A model generated the notes under the pieces. It saw nothing but the letters and a program-made list of their open reading frames with translations. It was not told where the DNA came from and ran no database searches. 64,000 nucleotides of DNA from Chrysomallon squamiferum (Eukaryota; Animalia; Mollusca): positions 1,550,001 through 1,614,000 of the forward strand of contig CM022667.1 in assembly GCA_012295275.1 (NCBI GenBank), in the 5' to 3' direction. A program made the translations under genes and the position numbers. Of the stretch, positions 1 to 14,554 are shown piece by piece (positions within the stretch are counted from its first letter, which is position 1; each line of letters opens with the position of its first letter).

Positions 1-613
1 TCATGACTATAATGGAGTATGTATTTCCAATACAAACAGTTCAGGTTTGTTTTGCTTATCAGAATAATCACGTTTTCCTGTTAGGTGAGGATAGAAGTTG
101 ACATTATGACTATGATATTAAAGGTGAATGCAGATTAAATTTAGGTTTCATATCTGTTTGCAGAATTTTGTTTTTTTAAATTATCAAATTTAGATATATG
201 TGTCATGGTTCATTAAATATTTCTGTTTGTCTAATTATAGTCCAGTATCTCAAATCTATAGCTTCAAAATATTTTTTGAATTTGGATAAAAAATGTTTAT
301 TATTGATCCATATTTCCTCGTTTTCAAACTAATAAACATTTAGATTTAGTCCAGTTTTGAAAAAAATCAATTACTTTTCCCTTCAAAATTGATTATTTTT
401 TCAAACTCAAAATTAAATTTGTTTTCCATCTAAGTGCCTTTTAGTGTGAAAACATTTTTCACAGCAATAATTTTTATTATTTCTCATAAACATTTAAAAT
501 AACAAACTAACATTTTTCATTGACAGAACTGGTCCCCTCCTGGCTGTGAGAAATTAAACAAATGTCTTCAGCCTCCTCCATCAAAACCATACAAGTGTAT
601 CTGGCCACATTAA
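1..613 (+). CDS. 3' end (last two coding exons, <1..44 and 527..613) of an unidentified gene entering from the left
   Basis: CAG|GTTTGT donor at 44 and ACAG| acceptor at 526 join in phase 0: ..[42 protein letters not shown]. GC-richer than the flanks. Family not recognised. Confidence 0.55.
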
Positions 614-1444
614 CTGTCAAGTCACCGAGGATTATCAGTTAATCTTGTCATTGCATCTTAATAGTGGTACAGAGGAGTATTGTGTTTACACATTCCTTTA
701 TTTAGTACTTAAAAACCAAGGTAAGCAGGTAAAGAGAAAAAAAAACAGTTGGTCTAGAGGTGTATTATTTAGACATTTTATTTATTTAATATGTTAAAAC
801 CAAGATATCCTGGTTAAAAAAAAGAGAACACGAAGAAACTGATCACACAAGTGTACTTAAATTTGTTATGCCTAGGGTACATTTAAATTTTAATCCTGTG
901 GTTTATAATGCTCGAAAAGTGCAATATATTTTGTTTTCCCCATGGAATGTCTGTGATAGACCAAATATTTGTATTAAAATTAATATTTCAATAATGTATT
1001 AAATATTCGTTGGGTTTTAAATCAGTTGATGAGAATTAATATTTTGGTTTTATTTTAGTGGGTATGCACATTTTTATAAATTAGCACTTTTGTAATTATA
1101 TACAATTTTTTGATGCTTGGTTTTGTTTTGAATGTAAGATTATATTATTGATTCATATTGATATTATATAAGATTTTTATCCATGACAATTGATTACAAA
1201 TCTTTAGGTGCCAATCATGTATCTCTGAAAGATAATTTTTTTTATTATGAATTTTATAGTAATTTTTACTCCATCATGATTTTTGAATCTTCGTTATCTG
1301 CAGTGTGTACACACTTTGAATCATGTGATAAAATCAGATATCTTCATGAAAAACGATTATGTAAAAACTTGTTTCAGTTTTCGTTAAAATGAACGAAACA
1401 AAAAAGTTTTATCATTTTGTAAAAGTTTATTTCTGAAAATGAAA

Positions 1445-4400
1445 CTACTTCTGTCTTCTTTTCTTTGAGCCTGAAAGTTGGAAAAAGAAAGAAACCAGTG
1501 TTTTATTTTTTAAAATTCAAAAATAATATTAGTCTCATGACATGGAAAAGAGCATTTGATTATTAATCATATATCCAAAAACATGATTTGTACTGTACTT
1601 CTTAGATTATCATTTACAAATTAATGTTCAATATCTCACTTCTTCAAAATTCTTAACTACGTATTACCCAGAAAATTATTTTCTGTTTCAAATACAATTT
1701 TTTTTTTTTTGTATAAATTGAGTTCATCCTATCATCTGATCAATGAAAGCCAATAATACAATCTCAGATTGAAATTAAATACTAAAAAGTAAATTGATAT
1801 CATACCTTTTTTGCCTTTTGTAGACTGAAATAAAACAAATTTTTTTTTTTTTTATTGTTATGAACCATATAATGTAATTCAATGATCATGTGATCAGTAT
1901 TGTTTTTCATGTCTCAGTTTTATCAGAAACTTTGTTAAGTTTGTTTTGTTTGTAATAAATTATATATAAACTGATTAGTGATTTTGTTTTTAAATTGAAT
2001 GGAATGTTGACACAAATTATTCATAAATATATATATATATATAAATATTTTTCAGGTGCGAATTAATAAATTTGTGGATATTTTATTTATTGATTAAAAA
2101 TAATAAAAGAAGAAAAAAATGAAGAAAATAATAATAATAATTTCAATGCACTTTTGATACTGTATTAAACGATGGAGTATGTTTAGAAAATTACAAAAAT
2201 AATTAAAACTGGTACATACTGTTCTCTTTCTTTTTCGTTTTCTGTCCTGAAAGATAAAAAAAAAAAAAAAATGAAATTGTATAATCACATCAAATAACCA
2301 ATAATTGTTTTTTAATGACTAAACAAGGCAAAAAATTCAGAAAATTACTTTTCATGCCATGAGTGATGTGCATGTGTTTATCTATCTTTCTCTCTCATAC
2401 ATGTCTCTGCATATACACTATGCATATGTATAAAATCATTACTTCATATGGGTTTTGTTTGTAGGTGTCTCTCTTTCCTGTCTCTGTATACATACAGGTG
2501 TATGCATGTGTGTGTGAGTGTCTGTATGTATGTATGTGTATGTTTTTATAATTACCTCAGTAGATCGTTCTCCTGTCAGGGCACTGATGTCTCCAAACTC
2601 AGTGAGACCTCCAAGACTTGAAACAGTCTCCACCTGCTTCAGTGCATTCTAGTGATAAAATAACAGCATTAGAAAAACATTACAATTCAATTCAATAAAA
2701 ATGTCAATATAAAACAGTGTTTTTAACATAAAAGAAAAAATTTATTAATTAAAGAAAATCATGAATGAAGGTACAGTTTAAAATTTTAAAAAAATAAAGA
2801 AAATTATATATAATAATTAAATAAACCAATTTAGACCATAAAAAAAATTTAAAAACAATAATAAAAACACATATTTTATAACAACAATTTATGTGATAAA
2901 AAACAAAAAAAAACAAAAATTAGTGATAAAATAATAGTTCACCTTCTCTTTTTTTGAAATGGTTAATCTCACAAAATGTTCTTCTTCGTATCTGAAAACA
3001 AACAATTTTATTATTGCTCTTTTTTAAAATGGAGAAAATGAAATTATACAATGAAATGTCTTTATAAAACTTTATATTTCAAATGGTAAACAAGAAGTAC
3101 TATAATAATATATAATTTAATAATAGTCCATTTAAATTGACAATTTTGTTATGAAAGAAATGATAATATATAAATGCATGCACACATACACATTTTTTTC
3201 CTAATTTAAACACAATAATAATATACAACAAAATAAACATTTAAAAAAATTGAACATACAGTGATCTCTCTTTTGCCCTTTTTTCTGCTGACATTTTGTG
3301 CAAGTTCCTGGATTCCTGTAAAACATCAGATCATGAAGAATATTAATTACATTTTTGAAAATGGAAAACATTTGAAAAATGGTAACAAATAAAAAAAACA
3401 AATACTGTGAAAACATGCCTAAGCTTCCACATTCCATCACTAGACTATGAACAATTTCACTTAGTAGGTAATAATAATTTATAGTTACCCTGATTTCCTC
3501 TGGCCCATCGTAATATTCTTTTTTCAATTCCTGCAACATGCTGCTGCTTAAAGCTCTCCGTGTTGCTTTTTCCAGCAGTCTTTTCTGTCTATCTTCTGTC
3601 GTTTCATCACCAGCTAAAGACAAAAATAATTCTTTTTTAGTATATATATCTTTCAGTATTATGAAAACATTGCAATTTTCAACCCACAACCCTTAGCATT
3701 AGAAGAAGATATATATATATATATATTGGATGAACATGGCTCTGTAAGTCAGTAATTTTCAACCACTGTGCAATTATCCAAGTTCACTTAATTAGCCCCA
3801 AAAAAAAAAAAACAAATATGATTTTGTTAGTGCAAATAATTTGCCATGGTTGTGCGACTGCGCCTGCAATGTAGAGACTGGTGAAGTGATTAAAAACTCT
3901 TCCTTGACTAAATTGTCATTAGTAAATGTGTCATTTCTTTTTAACACTTTCGGTTGGTGGTGTGACTGAGGGTTTTGTTAATGAAAGAAAAGTGCCTTGG
4001 CTGAAAAAAGGTTGACAAACACTGCTATAAGTAAAAGGGATCTGATGGGGCTTAGATGGTTCCTAACAGAAAATTACATGGTGAAAATGGAGAACTACTG
4101 CACCAATCTTAACATTCATCAAATCAGAACGTTCATCGCACGAAAATAATTTCAAGTTCTTATACAGATGTTTATTAATCTATACAAGTGATTCTGTTTT
4201 GTACAAGTAATATATTTAGCTAAAATGTAAACTTACTGTAAGGAACAGCAGCAAGTCTAGGTGCTACGTATGTCTTTGTTTTTGTTTCCTTCTCGTCATC
4301 TTCACTATCTGATTCTTCTTCATCAAACTGCAAAAAAAAAAAAAAAAAAAATAAATAAATAAATAAATAAATAAAAAATAATTAATACATAAAAGAAAAA

Positions 4401-6426
4401 ACAGATAGCTGTATTTAAGAGAATAAAAGAAACCATATTGGCTAAAACTGAAATATTTTCAAGACATTTATATATAACCAAAAAAAAAGAAAGAAAAAAA
4501 GTGTCACCAAAACCTCATTTTATTCATAAACCACATTTATTATATATACATTTTATCATCTTGTAAAAAAAAAACAATGTCAAATAATAATTTTAATAAA
4601 AAATCTTTCAGGTCAAACCCCCCCTCAACCCAACATGTATGATGTTCATTTTTATTAATACTATTTGAATACACAGTAACATTTAATGAACATATATTTT
4701 TTTTTAAATTAACTTAACACAACCTGAAACCCAAAGCTTGAAAAATGTGTGCAACATAAATGCAAAAATCTTACCTTACTGACAAGGTTATTAGGTTTTG
4801 CCCTAAACCTCAAAGGATCATCATCATCTGAAAGACAATAAATAAAAATAATATAATAACGATAATAATAACAATAATAAAAGGCAGTATTCAAATATGT
4901 TGTAGTAGTAGTATTATTTTATTGTCAAAATTATTATTACAGTTAGTATGTCGATCAAATTAAGTAAAATAACTGGAAAATAGTTTTAAAAATTCAGTTT
5001 GTTCATTTACACAGTCACTGGTATACATACATTAACCATCTTTGAAAATGGTTCTACACCATCACATTAATGTGTATTTACCATATTAATAAACATGAGA
5101 TTTGTTATCTAAACATTACTTATTAATAAATTATAGTTTGATATTTACCAAGTTTGTTACTTTGGGCTGCTTTTACTAGTTTGTCTATGAGATTTGTTAT
5201 TTAAACATTACTTATTAATAAATTATATTTTGATATTTACCAAGTTTGTTACTTTTGGCTGCTTTTACTAGTTTGTCTATCTGATACTTCAGTTTCTGTT
5301 CAATTGGTCGCATCTTCTCCAAAACCTGACAAAAATATAACACAAACATATTAAAACAATTCTCTCTAAAAAAAAATAGTAAAAAGTAAGCTATGGAGGT
5401 AGATGTTATCCAGTTTTTAAATATTATTAATATCATTATTTACTCTTTTTTGATGCTGGCTAGACTGAAATGATGGTAAACTAAAAATTTCAGAAAATAT
5501 ATATATGCATCACTAGAATTATAAAGAAGAATAATATATTTTTTTTTTAGTTTTATAAATATGTAAGTAATTTTGTTTTGACATGTGTAATAAAAAAAAA
5601 ATATTTACACACAGACACACACATCAGATATATATATATACATACATAATGTAAATATATAAATATTACTAACTGTTCTGGTTTCAATCAGTCTACTTAT
5701 TGCTTCATCACCCTTAATCGACTGTCCTCTGGTCTTCAGTAACAAGAGGTATGTTAAATTGATCAGGTAGTTTAACAGCAGATGATACTTGGTTTCTAAA
5801 AAGCTGATGCCCTGAGGAAACAAGACACATAATTATATATAAAAATTACACACACATAGACACATACAGCAAACATTCTCAAAAACAGAACCTTGCTAAA
5901 CTGGGATTCTCACCAGATTTATCAATGTACCTAAAATGCAAATCATATCTGTTGATCAAAACACCTCTTCAAACTGAACTTTTTTACTTGTTCCCATCAG
6001 TGTTCATTTTTGAGACTTTTAATGACATATAAAATTGATTTAATATACAAAATGTATTTAATTTTTTTTTTTACAAATAAATATTTGATATTAAATTAAA
6101 AAAAGAAATAAACAAAAAGGAAAAAAAAAATGTATATAGTATATGCAATTTCTCATTATAAAATTTTAATAATAAAACAAGGATAATAATATTAAAATTT
6201 TGTAAGTAATCAAACCTTGCTAGTTGACAGTTCTCCATCTTTTATTCTTTCAACAAGGTGACTCACATGTTGCTTTACATCACAACTTTTAGAAGAAATT
6301 TCTTCCAGTAAAGAAATAAATTTGGGGACATCACCATCTATTATCTGAAATTACAAATAATAATAATAATAATAATAGTAAGTAGTAGAAGTAGTAGTAG
6401 AAGTAGAAGTAGAAGTAGAAGTAGAA

Positions 6427-6465
<39 letters not shown>

Positions 6466-8020
6466 ATAATTACTATTAAGTATTATGAAAGTGATTTCAA
6501 GAGATTTTGGGATTCAAATACTGCTGTAACTAGGTGATGTTTGCTAGCACGATTATGGTTTAGTCACCACAATCACACATCTTAAGCTTTCTAGTGTATT
6601 AATTGTAACTGATGTATTGGGTAATGTAGATCGGTATCACACTGCATTCACAACTTGTGAATTTGAATACATCTGTGATCGTGTGTCATTCACACTGTGA
6701 GTGGGTTGCAGAGAATGTGTTTTTATTTTCTTGTGCCATCCTGCCACTGTCTGGTGAGACTCTAGCACTAGAGCAGTGTAACGTATTTACTATTTAGTAT
6801 TACTATTACTGTGTATTACTATTAGTATTAGTGTAAGCAGTGTCTAGAGCAGTGATTCTCAACCAGTGTGCCACAAGATCTTCCTAAGTGTGCCGCAAAA
6901 TTTTGGACGGTACATTAAGAAAATGTGAAAAAACCATGTGGTCCAAAAATAAAACTAACTGTAGTATGCAAGGTAAAAACGAAAATATTCTCACTTCAAC
7001 AGACAAGATAGCTGCCCTCGAAAAAGAATATTGTGATTTGGAAAAAAAGGAGCAATCACTGGCAATCTTGATATGAGTTCTACCTGCATTACAGAAATGA
7101 TCCCTATTGTGTTTACTCATCTGACAGCTCTGGACGAAAACATCAACAATTCCTTTCCGTCATTAAAGACAGAAAAGTATGATTGGATTAGAGATCCTTT
7201 CATAAATCATTCTTCCAACATTGAACTTGAGTTACAGGAAGAAGAAGAATTGGCCACCTTTCTAATGACCGAGGGTTAAAATTAAAACATTCGACTCTGC
7301 CCATTGATTCATTTTGGATTTCAGTTCCAGAGGAGTATCCCATATTATGTAAAAGAGCTTTAGCAATTTTATTACAATTTTCAACTTCTTATATATGTGA
7401 ATTAGGCTTGTCAACATTAAACAACATCAAAAACATGAAGCATGAGAGATTACATACAACGGAAGAAGAAATGAGGGTGTGTCTGTCTCATATTCGACAA
7501 GACACTGAGGAAATTATGAATAAAAGTCAGGCACAAATTTCTCACTAAAGAAGCCAGCTATTTGACTGATGAAATTCGAAACACTGCAGTGAAGTATAGC
7601 TGTGTTTTTCTTTATTTAGTTCGAGTCATTCTTTGTGTCTAAGACTAGTCTCAGTCTGTGTCTACAGTTGTATGCCGTCTATGACTTGCCATGTTTTTAC
7701 TTTACAAAATTCAAATATTTTTCATATATATTTAGCCAGGTGTGCCGCTATTTTTTTATGTGTTCCAAGGTGTGACGTTGGCAAAAAAAGTTTGAGAACC
7801 ACTATTCAGAGTATTCTAGAGTGTAGACTGTAGTAACTTATACTGGCAGTGTTAGTATAGGGACAAAAAAATAAATAAAAACACATGCAAATACTCCTGG
7901 ATCCTTTCAGCTTTACATTTAATAAACAGCAATTATTTGAATTAAATGAAGCCTAAAACGTGGGCACCAACAACTAAAAGTATTCTTAACCTGCTGAAGC
8001 TGTATATCTTCCATAGCCAT
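1445..8020 (-). CDS. NGDN: Neuroguidin (Sas10/Utp3/C1D family, LCP5 homologue), 13 coding exons
   Basis: Exons 7991-8020, 6216-6344, 5674-5811, 5241-5325, 4775-4827, 4237-4327, 3489-3613, 3260-3315, 2943-2991, 2556-2648, 2220-2246, 1806-1824, 1445-1470 join in frame with GT-AG ends. Motifs GISFLETKYHLLLNYL, LEKMRPIEQKLKYQIDKL, DPLRFRAKPNNL, YVAPRLAAVPY, YEEEHFVRL and a basic tail match NGDN. Confidence 0.92.
5097..5280. repeat. 92-bp tandem duplication spanning an NGDN exon 3' end and splice donor
   Basis: 5097-5188 and 5189-5280 are near-identical (gagatttgttat...ctagtttgtctat). Confidence 0.85.
6850..7804 (+). mobile_element. Degenerate hAT (Buster/Charlie-like; ZBED8/FAM200-type) DNA transposon in NGDN intron 1
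   Basis: Terminal inverted repeats CAGTGATTCTCAAC ... TTTGAGAACCACTA. Left flank GTCTAGAG is a Charlie-like target. Frameshifted transposase C-terminus: WIRDPF..., FWISVPEEYPILCKRALAILLQFSTSYICELGLSTL, EMRVCLS...QAQISH*. Confidence 0.85.
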
Positions 8021-8182
8021 GCTGTTTTGTTGTTCCGCTTTCTTTATTGTACTTTCCACCTTACTTGATGCGCATATATGATTTTTTTTTAAACCAAGAG
8101 TAATTTTTTTGAGGGCCTCAAGTTATTATTAAACAAACATTAATACTGATACTTATGGATTTGAAGATAATGCAGGAAAATA

Positions 8183-8290
<108 letters not shown>

Positions 8291-8952
8291 ATTTAAATTT
8301 ATTTTTCAGTTACAATTTCATTGATACAGCAACAGCATATTCGATATCTCTATTTCACAGTTTATTAGCCATAATTCGATATTTTCCATACTTTCATTAC
8401 ATGTAAATTTAAATCGTTTTCAGGACCACTCCTTTTAAGATGTTGTAATATATGTACGTTATATATTTAATATATTACATTGTTTTTTATAACATGTAAA
8501 TGGTATTTTTAGCATTAATGAATTAGTTAATTTTTTATATTTCCACTAAACTCTTTCGTAACATTTCTCGATCATAGTCTATCTTTTGAGATGATGATAT
8601 TATTTATTTACGGGTTTAAAAACATTGCATTATTCACCTACATCAATTTACCATAACATATATTTGTAATAATAATACAGTAGTGACTAGATTAAAGGCT
8701 AATTTCTTAGTTAATTCTTAGATTCGTGAAATGCTGTTTTCCAGTAAAATTAAAAAATAAATAAGCGTATGTACGTATGTGTGTGTATATGTATGCATAT
8801 ATATATTACAGATTGGAGCAGGTAAATTGTACATAACCGATTCATGACTGTTTATGAAAAAAACTGCGCGCTTCGGAATCTCTCTCTCACACATGCACGC
8901 ATGTATATGACATCACAAATGCATATTATATACACATCTTTTAAAGTTATCT

Positions 8953-10269
8953 TTAATGAGATGTTGGTTTATTCAATGCCTTTTCTATAGAAGCAAGATC
9001 TTTTTCAACTTTCTGAAGAAATGTATTCAGGGTTTCGTTTCTGTTAATGAGATTCGACAGCTCGAAATTCATGTCTTGCACCACATTGCTGACATTTTTC
9101 ATCTCAAGGGCCACATCAACAAGACCAATAACACTGTCATTTATCGTTACAATTTTACGATTCAGTTCTCGAATTTTATTTGCAGCTCTGCGCATCTTTC
9201 TCGTGTACTTCGTTCTCTGATGACTACTAAGTACACCGTGTTGCTTCTTAAACCATAACTTGACGGTCGTCTGAATGACGTCAGCAGCTGCGTCTCGGCG
9301 TTTTTCTTCCATTTTGGCGCGCTCCACGAAAGCGTGAACATACCGCTCTGCTCTGGTTTGTTGAAATGCTGCGGTAATGACAGCGACGAGTAAAGCAGTT
9401 ATTCCTATTCCCATCAGACCCGTTTCCGCGGCTATAAATCGGCCGCAGTAGGTATTGGGCGACAGATCACCGTATCCAACAGTGAGGAAAGTGATAGCGA
9501 CCAGCCACATCGAATTGATGAACGTGCTCTGTTGGTTGTCGGGCAGATAGTAAGACTCGCAAGTTCTCATGGCCCAGGAATTTATGAAAAATATTCCAAA
9601 CATAAAAGACACGACCAGAAGCACCGGGTGATCCTGCATGACACATTTTAAGTAGAATTCGGTGTTGACGTCGACCTCATTCAGTGCACCGATGCTATGC
9701 ATCGTATTGCTCAGTATCCATTTGCTGTGCATCACAATAAACTTTACTAGGATGTATACTCGTAATAGCATTAAAATGGATAATACTGCGTCAATGGTCA
9801 CGTATCCCCGATGGCCGTCGACAGCCCAAAAAGGAACGTAAACGCTTTCAGGAAGAGGATGTACAGCGCAAACCAAAAGCTCTAGGCTCACTTTGAAGAC
9901 AAAACACCACGACACAACCATTCGCCAGTCGTCAACGTTTCTGTCCAACATCATCAGCTTGACCTCATCTCTGTGGTATAAAATAACAGCAAGCAAGAGA
10001 AGCACTGTTGTTGCTGAAGTTAAAGTCTTTAGAACGGAAATTAAAACGACGAAGTTTGATGTCATCTTTCGTATATCTATTTCTATGTAGACGAGCATCA
10101 TTATCACTCCGACCGCTGCCAGAACAAGCTCAGCATCGATCAGCTTTTGTCGCTGAATTAAAAGTTCTTTTCTTCGTTTTAACCGATAACCGATATTATT
10201 GTGATAATCGTTCGTTGGCTTTTCTTGTCCTAGTAGGGGAACGCTAATATCTTCTGCAACATCACACAT
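8953..10269 (-). CDS. Intronless small-conductance Ca2+-activated K+ channel-like protein (SK/KCNN family), 438 aa
   Basis: IGYRLKRRKEL N-terminus, DDWR, LELLVCAVHP, WLVAITFLTVGYGDLSPNTYCGR pore, CaM-binding-like ERYVHAF...AAADVIQ region and C-terminal coiled coil. A splice acceptor lies just upstream of the ATG (5' UTR intron). Confidence 0.9.
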   Translation of the reverse strand: MCDVAEDISVPLLGQEKPTNDYHNNIGYRLKRRKELLIQRQKLIDAELVLAAVGVIMMLVYIEIDIRKMTSNFVVLISVLKTLTSATTVLLLLAVILYHRDEVKLMMLDRNVDDWRMVVSWCFVFKVSLELLVCAVHPLPESVYVPFWAVDGHRGYVTIDAVLSILMLLRVYILVKFIVMHSKWILSNTMHSIGALNEVDVNTEFYLKCVMQDHPVLLVVSFMFGIFFINSWAMRTCESYYLPDNQQSTFINSMWLVAITFLTVGYGDLSPNTYCGRFIAAETGLMGIGITALLVAVITAAFQQTRAERYVHAFVERAKMEEKRRDAAADVIQTTVKLWFKKQHGVLSSHQRTKYTRKMRRAANKIRELNRKIVTINDSVIGLVDVALEMKNVSNVVQDMNFELSNLINRNETLNTFLQKVEKDLASIEKALNKPTSH

Positions 10270-10835
10270 TTTTGTCTGAAAGTAGACATTGCTTTTATAT
10301 TATCTAAAACATCAAAATAAACACCAGAGAAACTACATTTAAAATTCCTGAGGCAATAACAGTTTACTGAAATAAAATAGGAGTGAACCTAAAGTCAGTT
10401 GATATTATAACATTTTTTCTCAACAACCAAAGTGCAAAAGTGACCGACCCGTTTATCGGAAATTCAGTCTTTACTTTAACAAATCATAATATAGCAGAAT
10501 TCGCATGTATTATTTATCCTAATTTTTTTTTTTTTTTTCATAATAATTAAAAAATAAAAGGTTGAACATGCCTGATACACATAAGTAAATAATATTATTG
10601 TTTTCATTTATGCGCCGCCATATTGATTTTATACGTAATATTTCTGAATTGCGTCATATGTCTGGTTGAGAATAATTCCAGAGGGAAGATTAACAACAAT
10701 GCATCCATCGCAGGAAAATCATCATTAAACAAAGAACATAAAATGTTTTCTTCATTTTATTCGGCAGAGCAAGAAGATAGAATTTTAAAAAGATAATAAT
10801 TTCAATTGTGGATGACTTAAAAACAACAACAACAA

Positions 10836-10874
<39 letters not shown>

Positions 10875-11058
10875 AGAAAGCAATTACAAAAGAAGCCACA
10901 TTAATAATAAATAAAAGAACAAATAATCAACAATATATATTTGCATTATTATTTTATTTTTTGTAATTTTTAAAGTATGTGTGTGTGATTATGTGTATGT
11001 ATTTGTTTATGTATGAAACCAAAATAATAAACAAAATAAAAAATAAATCACTGAAACA

Positions 11059-11106
<48 letters not shown>

Positions 11107-11955
11107 AAAGAAAGCAAAAAGATAACAAAAATTATAGTTTGTGAATTAACATTATGTGAGAGAAGGGATCAAAGTGTAGCTTTTGGCACGAAGTATCTTT
11201 ATTAGTTCCACAAATAACAAAAAAAATTAAAAATTAAAAACAAATCAAAACCCGTATGCTTTATTTTGCCTAATAAAAGCCATGTTTTTAATTTTGTGTG
11301 GAGAAGAGCATTCTATTGATATACTTTATCACAGACTATTTTTAACAACCATTGATTGAAACAAAAAAATATGTCCGAAACATTACGAACTATTCCGATC
11401 TATGTACGAATGCAAACGTAACAAAACTGGAAAACCGGTTTCTTGGAACTAAACAGGATTAAAACAAAATTGTGTTCAGGATCTTGTCATTAAGCCATTG
11501 CGTAATGTTTAAAAAAATATGACAGCCATTATTGCCATAAACAAACAGCTTGATTGTATCAGCTAGAGTGTTATCTTAACATTTATTTTTCTGACAACAA
11601 TTTTCTTAAAGCCTATAACGTTGGTAAGAAATGCGTTATTTCAACTATTTTTATTTATTATTGTATAATAATACTTTGTCAAGTTTGTGTAGCAGTGAGT
11701 GGTAGTACTATGACATTGACAGTGAGTAATCAGTAGTTATTATTATTATTATTATTATTATTATCTTATTATTACGGTTATTATATCTCATATATATATA
11801 TATATATATATTTTTTTTTTCTGACATTGTTAAATTAATGAAGTCATCGTTTAATAAATATTCATAGAAACTTTAAAAGTGAAACAGCATGATGATGATG
11901 ATGATGATCAATACAATAAATTTTAAAATAATTTATTATTTTGTCTTTTCAGGAG

Positions 11956-14517
11956 ATGAAATTGCCAGTATTAAAAGATGGGCTCATTAAAATGATTTTA
12001 CTCTTTTTTGGACATCTTTTATTAGGTATTAATCTTTATAATAATCATTTGTGCATCTTTTTTGATGGTTTAGTCTTAACCCATATATATATATTTATAT
12101 AAACAGATTTACACACAAGTAACATATATCATATATGCACAACCATATCTATACATAGACACAATGTACATGCATACAGAATAATATGGTTATATAATTC
12201 TTTGGTAACCAGAATCTGTTTTTTCATATTTCTATTAAAACAAAAAAGAAAATGCCAGTGCAATTCACTCTTTAATAGATTATTAAAAATTGTGAACTTA
12301 AATAAACTTGCCACAATAATAATTATGACAAATTCAAAAATAATGAAAGCAAATTTTTTAATAGAAATTTTTTGTTAGTTATTATCTTAATGTTAAAAAA
12401 CATTGATTTGCAAATCCTCAATATTTAAGAGATAAAGTAGATGGGGAAATGGAATTATTTAAAAAACCAGAAAAGAAACAGGAATACTAAATTAAAGAAT
12501 TTTATCTGGTTTTTCTGTGATAGGCTGAAATGGATGAACATCTTCAGATTCAGCCTTACCATTCATTACAGAATAAAATGAACTTAAAAACTATAATCAT
12601 TGTGAAAAATGTATAATTATTCTTTTTCCAGTTCAAAGAAGTCAGTCCATCAAATACTACTGTGAAGAAAACTTGTCCCTTGTGAATATTTCTGGGACAA
12701 CGACTGGTACTATTATAACATTATACCATGGTGATAGTTTCTATAGAAACAACCAAAAATGTCAGTGGTTAATTGATGCAGGGAGAGATGGTGCAAGAAT
12801 CCAGCTGACAGTCGAACATTCAGAATTGGAATGGTCACCGGAAGGTGCTATTTGCATGGATCTGTATGATTTTGTTGATGTTAGGGATGGTAAGTTATGG
12901 AAATGAAGTGTTTGCCTCTTTAAATTTGAATTAATTTGAGAATTTAATGATACCACAGTGATCAGTAATCTTTAAATTTATTTGTTTAGATTTTTTAAAC
13001 ACCTTGATTCTGACTTCTAATGTTAAAGGAGTATTATCTACGAGTGGTATTTTGCATAAAATCTCTGAAAACATTGACCATAACATCACTAAGATATTTT
13101 GTTATTCATTTTTTTTTTTTTCTTCATGTCACTGCTAATCCAGTGGTATAGTAAGAAATGCCAATGAACAGTCACTGAAAACTCAGTTATCTTAATAATC
13201 TTAACAGAAAACTAAACTTTAGTAACTGACTAAGCAGCTCATGTTTGTTTATCAGTTTTTTCTGACTTACAACACTCAGACACCTAACTTAACGTCTCTT
13301 TTGATTTTTCTCAACTCTCTTAATTAACATATATGTAATTAAACACAATGCAGTGACAATGGTTGAAAATTACATTATGAGCAACAGTGACAGCTCGACA
13401 TGCAAACATCAGTTAAAGATTACATTAACAACAGCCGGTGATAGTTTGATGTGTAAACAGCTCTTAACAGCTCTTAACTGAGATACAGTCAAATTTTGTC
13501 TCTTTTGCATGTGTAAAATTGTGTCAGAGAAGTTATTAATTGAAAACTCAGTTCAAACAAAACATTGTTTCCAATGAAAAACACTAAGATGTAATAATAA
13601 TAATACTGCAGTTTTAGGAAAAAGTCCAAGTTAAAAGAAAGAAAGGGGTTGACCAGGTTCATTTTTGTTACTGTAATAGCTGGGTACTGCTTTAATATTT
13701 TAATTGGTGTAACATATATGGAATAATATAAAACTGGGAATAATATTTTAAACTGGATGATATTAATTATTGTTGCAGGCAACAGTACATCATCTAAATC
13801 AATTGCTGTGTGGTGTGGATATCGCAGTCCAAGATCAGTTATCAGTACTGGCAGATATCTCTACATCACTTTCAAATCAGACCCAAGAAACCACTACAAG
13901 TATGATGGTGTTATTTTGACCTTTGACATCTTCAGTAAGTTCTGAACATATCTGAAAATTCCTTTTGTTAAAGAATTATTACAGAGCACTTGCACAGCAC
14001 TGAACATTTTTTGTGACGACCGCCATGGATTTTGTTTATTGAATTTGTGTTGTCAATAAAAAAAAAAGTTTAATAAATTTTATCTTGACAGAATTAATTA
14101 GGCCAGTGCTAAAAGCCACATTGAGTGTTTTATTTATATATGTGTAAAGTTCATGATTCAAAGGTTTAAATAAGCTGTTTTATTTTGTGTGAAAATTTTC
14201 ATTTTGTGTTTCTGCATTAAATGTTTTAACAGGTGCAGACTGTTTTTTTTTTGTTTTTTTTTAAAGTTTACACCGAGCTGTATTTGTTTCAGATTCGACT
14301 GACTGCCCTGGGCTCTACTCCTCCCCTGGTAATGAGTTTTGTTACTCCCTCATCAGCGACAGAAAGGTCAACTGGTTTACTGCTCAGGAATACTGCAACC
14401 ACGACCAAGCCAATCTTGTCAGCATCCATTCTGACCTAGAGGTCAACTTCTTAAAAGGTCACTCTCTGAATATACCTTGAAGTGAATAAGTAAAAAGTAT
14501 TATTCACATAGTGTGTT

Positions 14518-14554
<37 letters not shown>

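Noticed and set aside
3720-4030. Possible hAT MITE end (AAAAAGGTTGACAAACACTG) in an NGDN intron
   Set aside because: Only one terminus was recognisable; no matching TIR or target-site duplication was found.
8953-10269. Possible horizontal or bacterial origin of the GC-richer intronless channels
   Set aside because: The proteins carry animal SK-specific N-terminal and CaM-binding-like segments and have spliceosomal 5' introns. Retroposition is more parsimonious.
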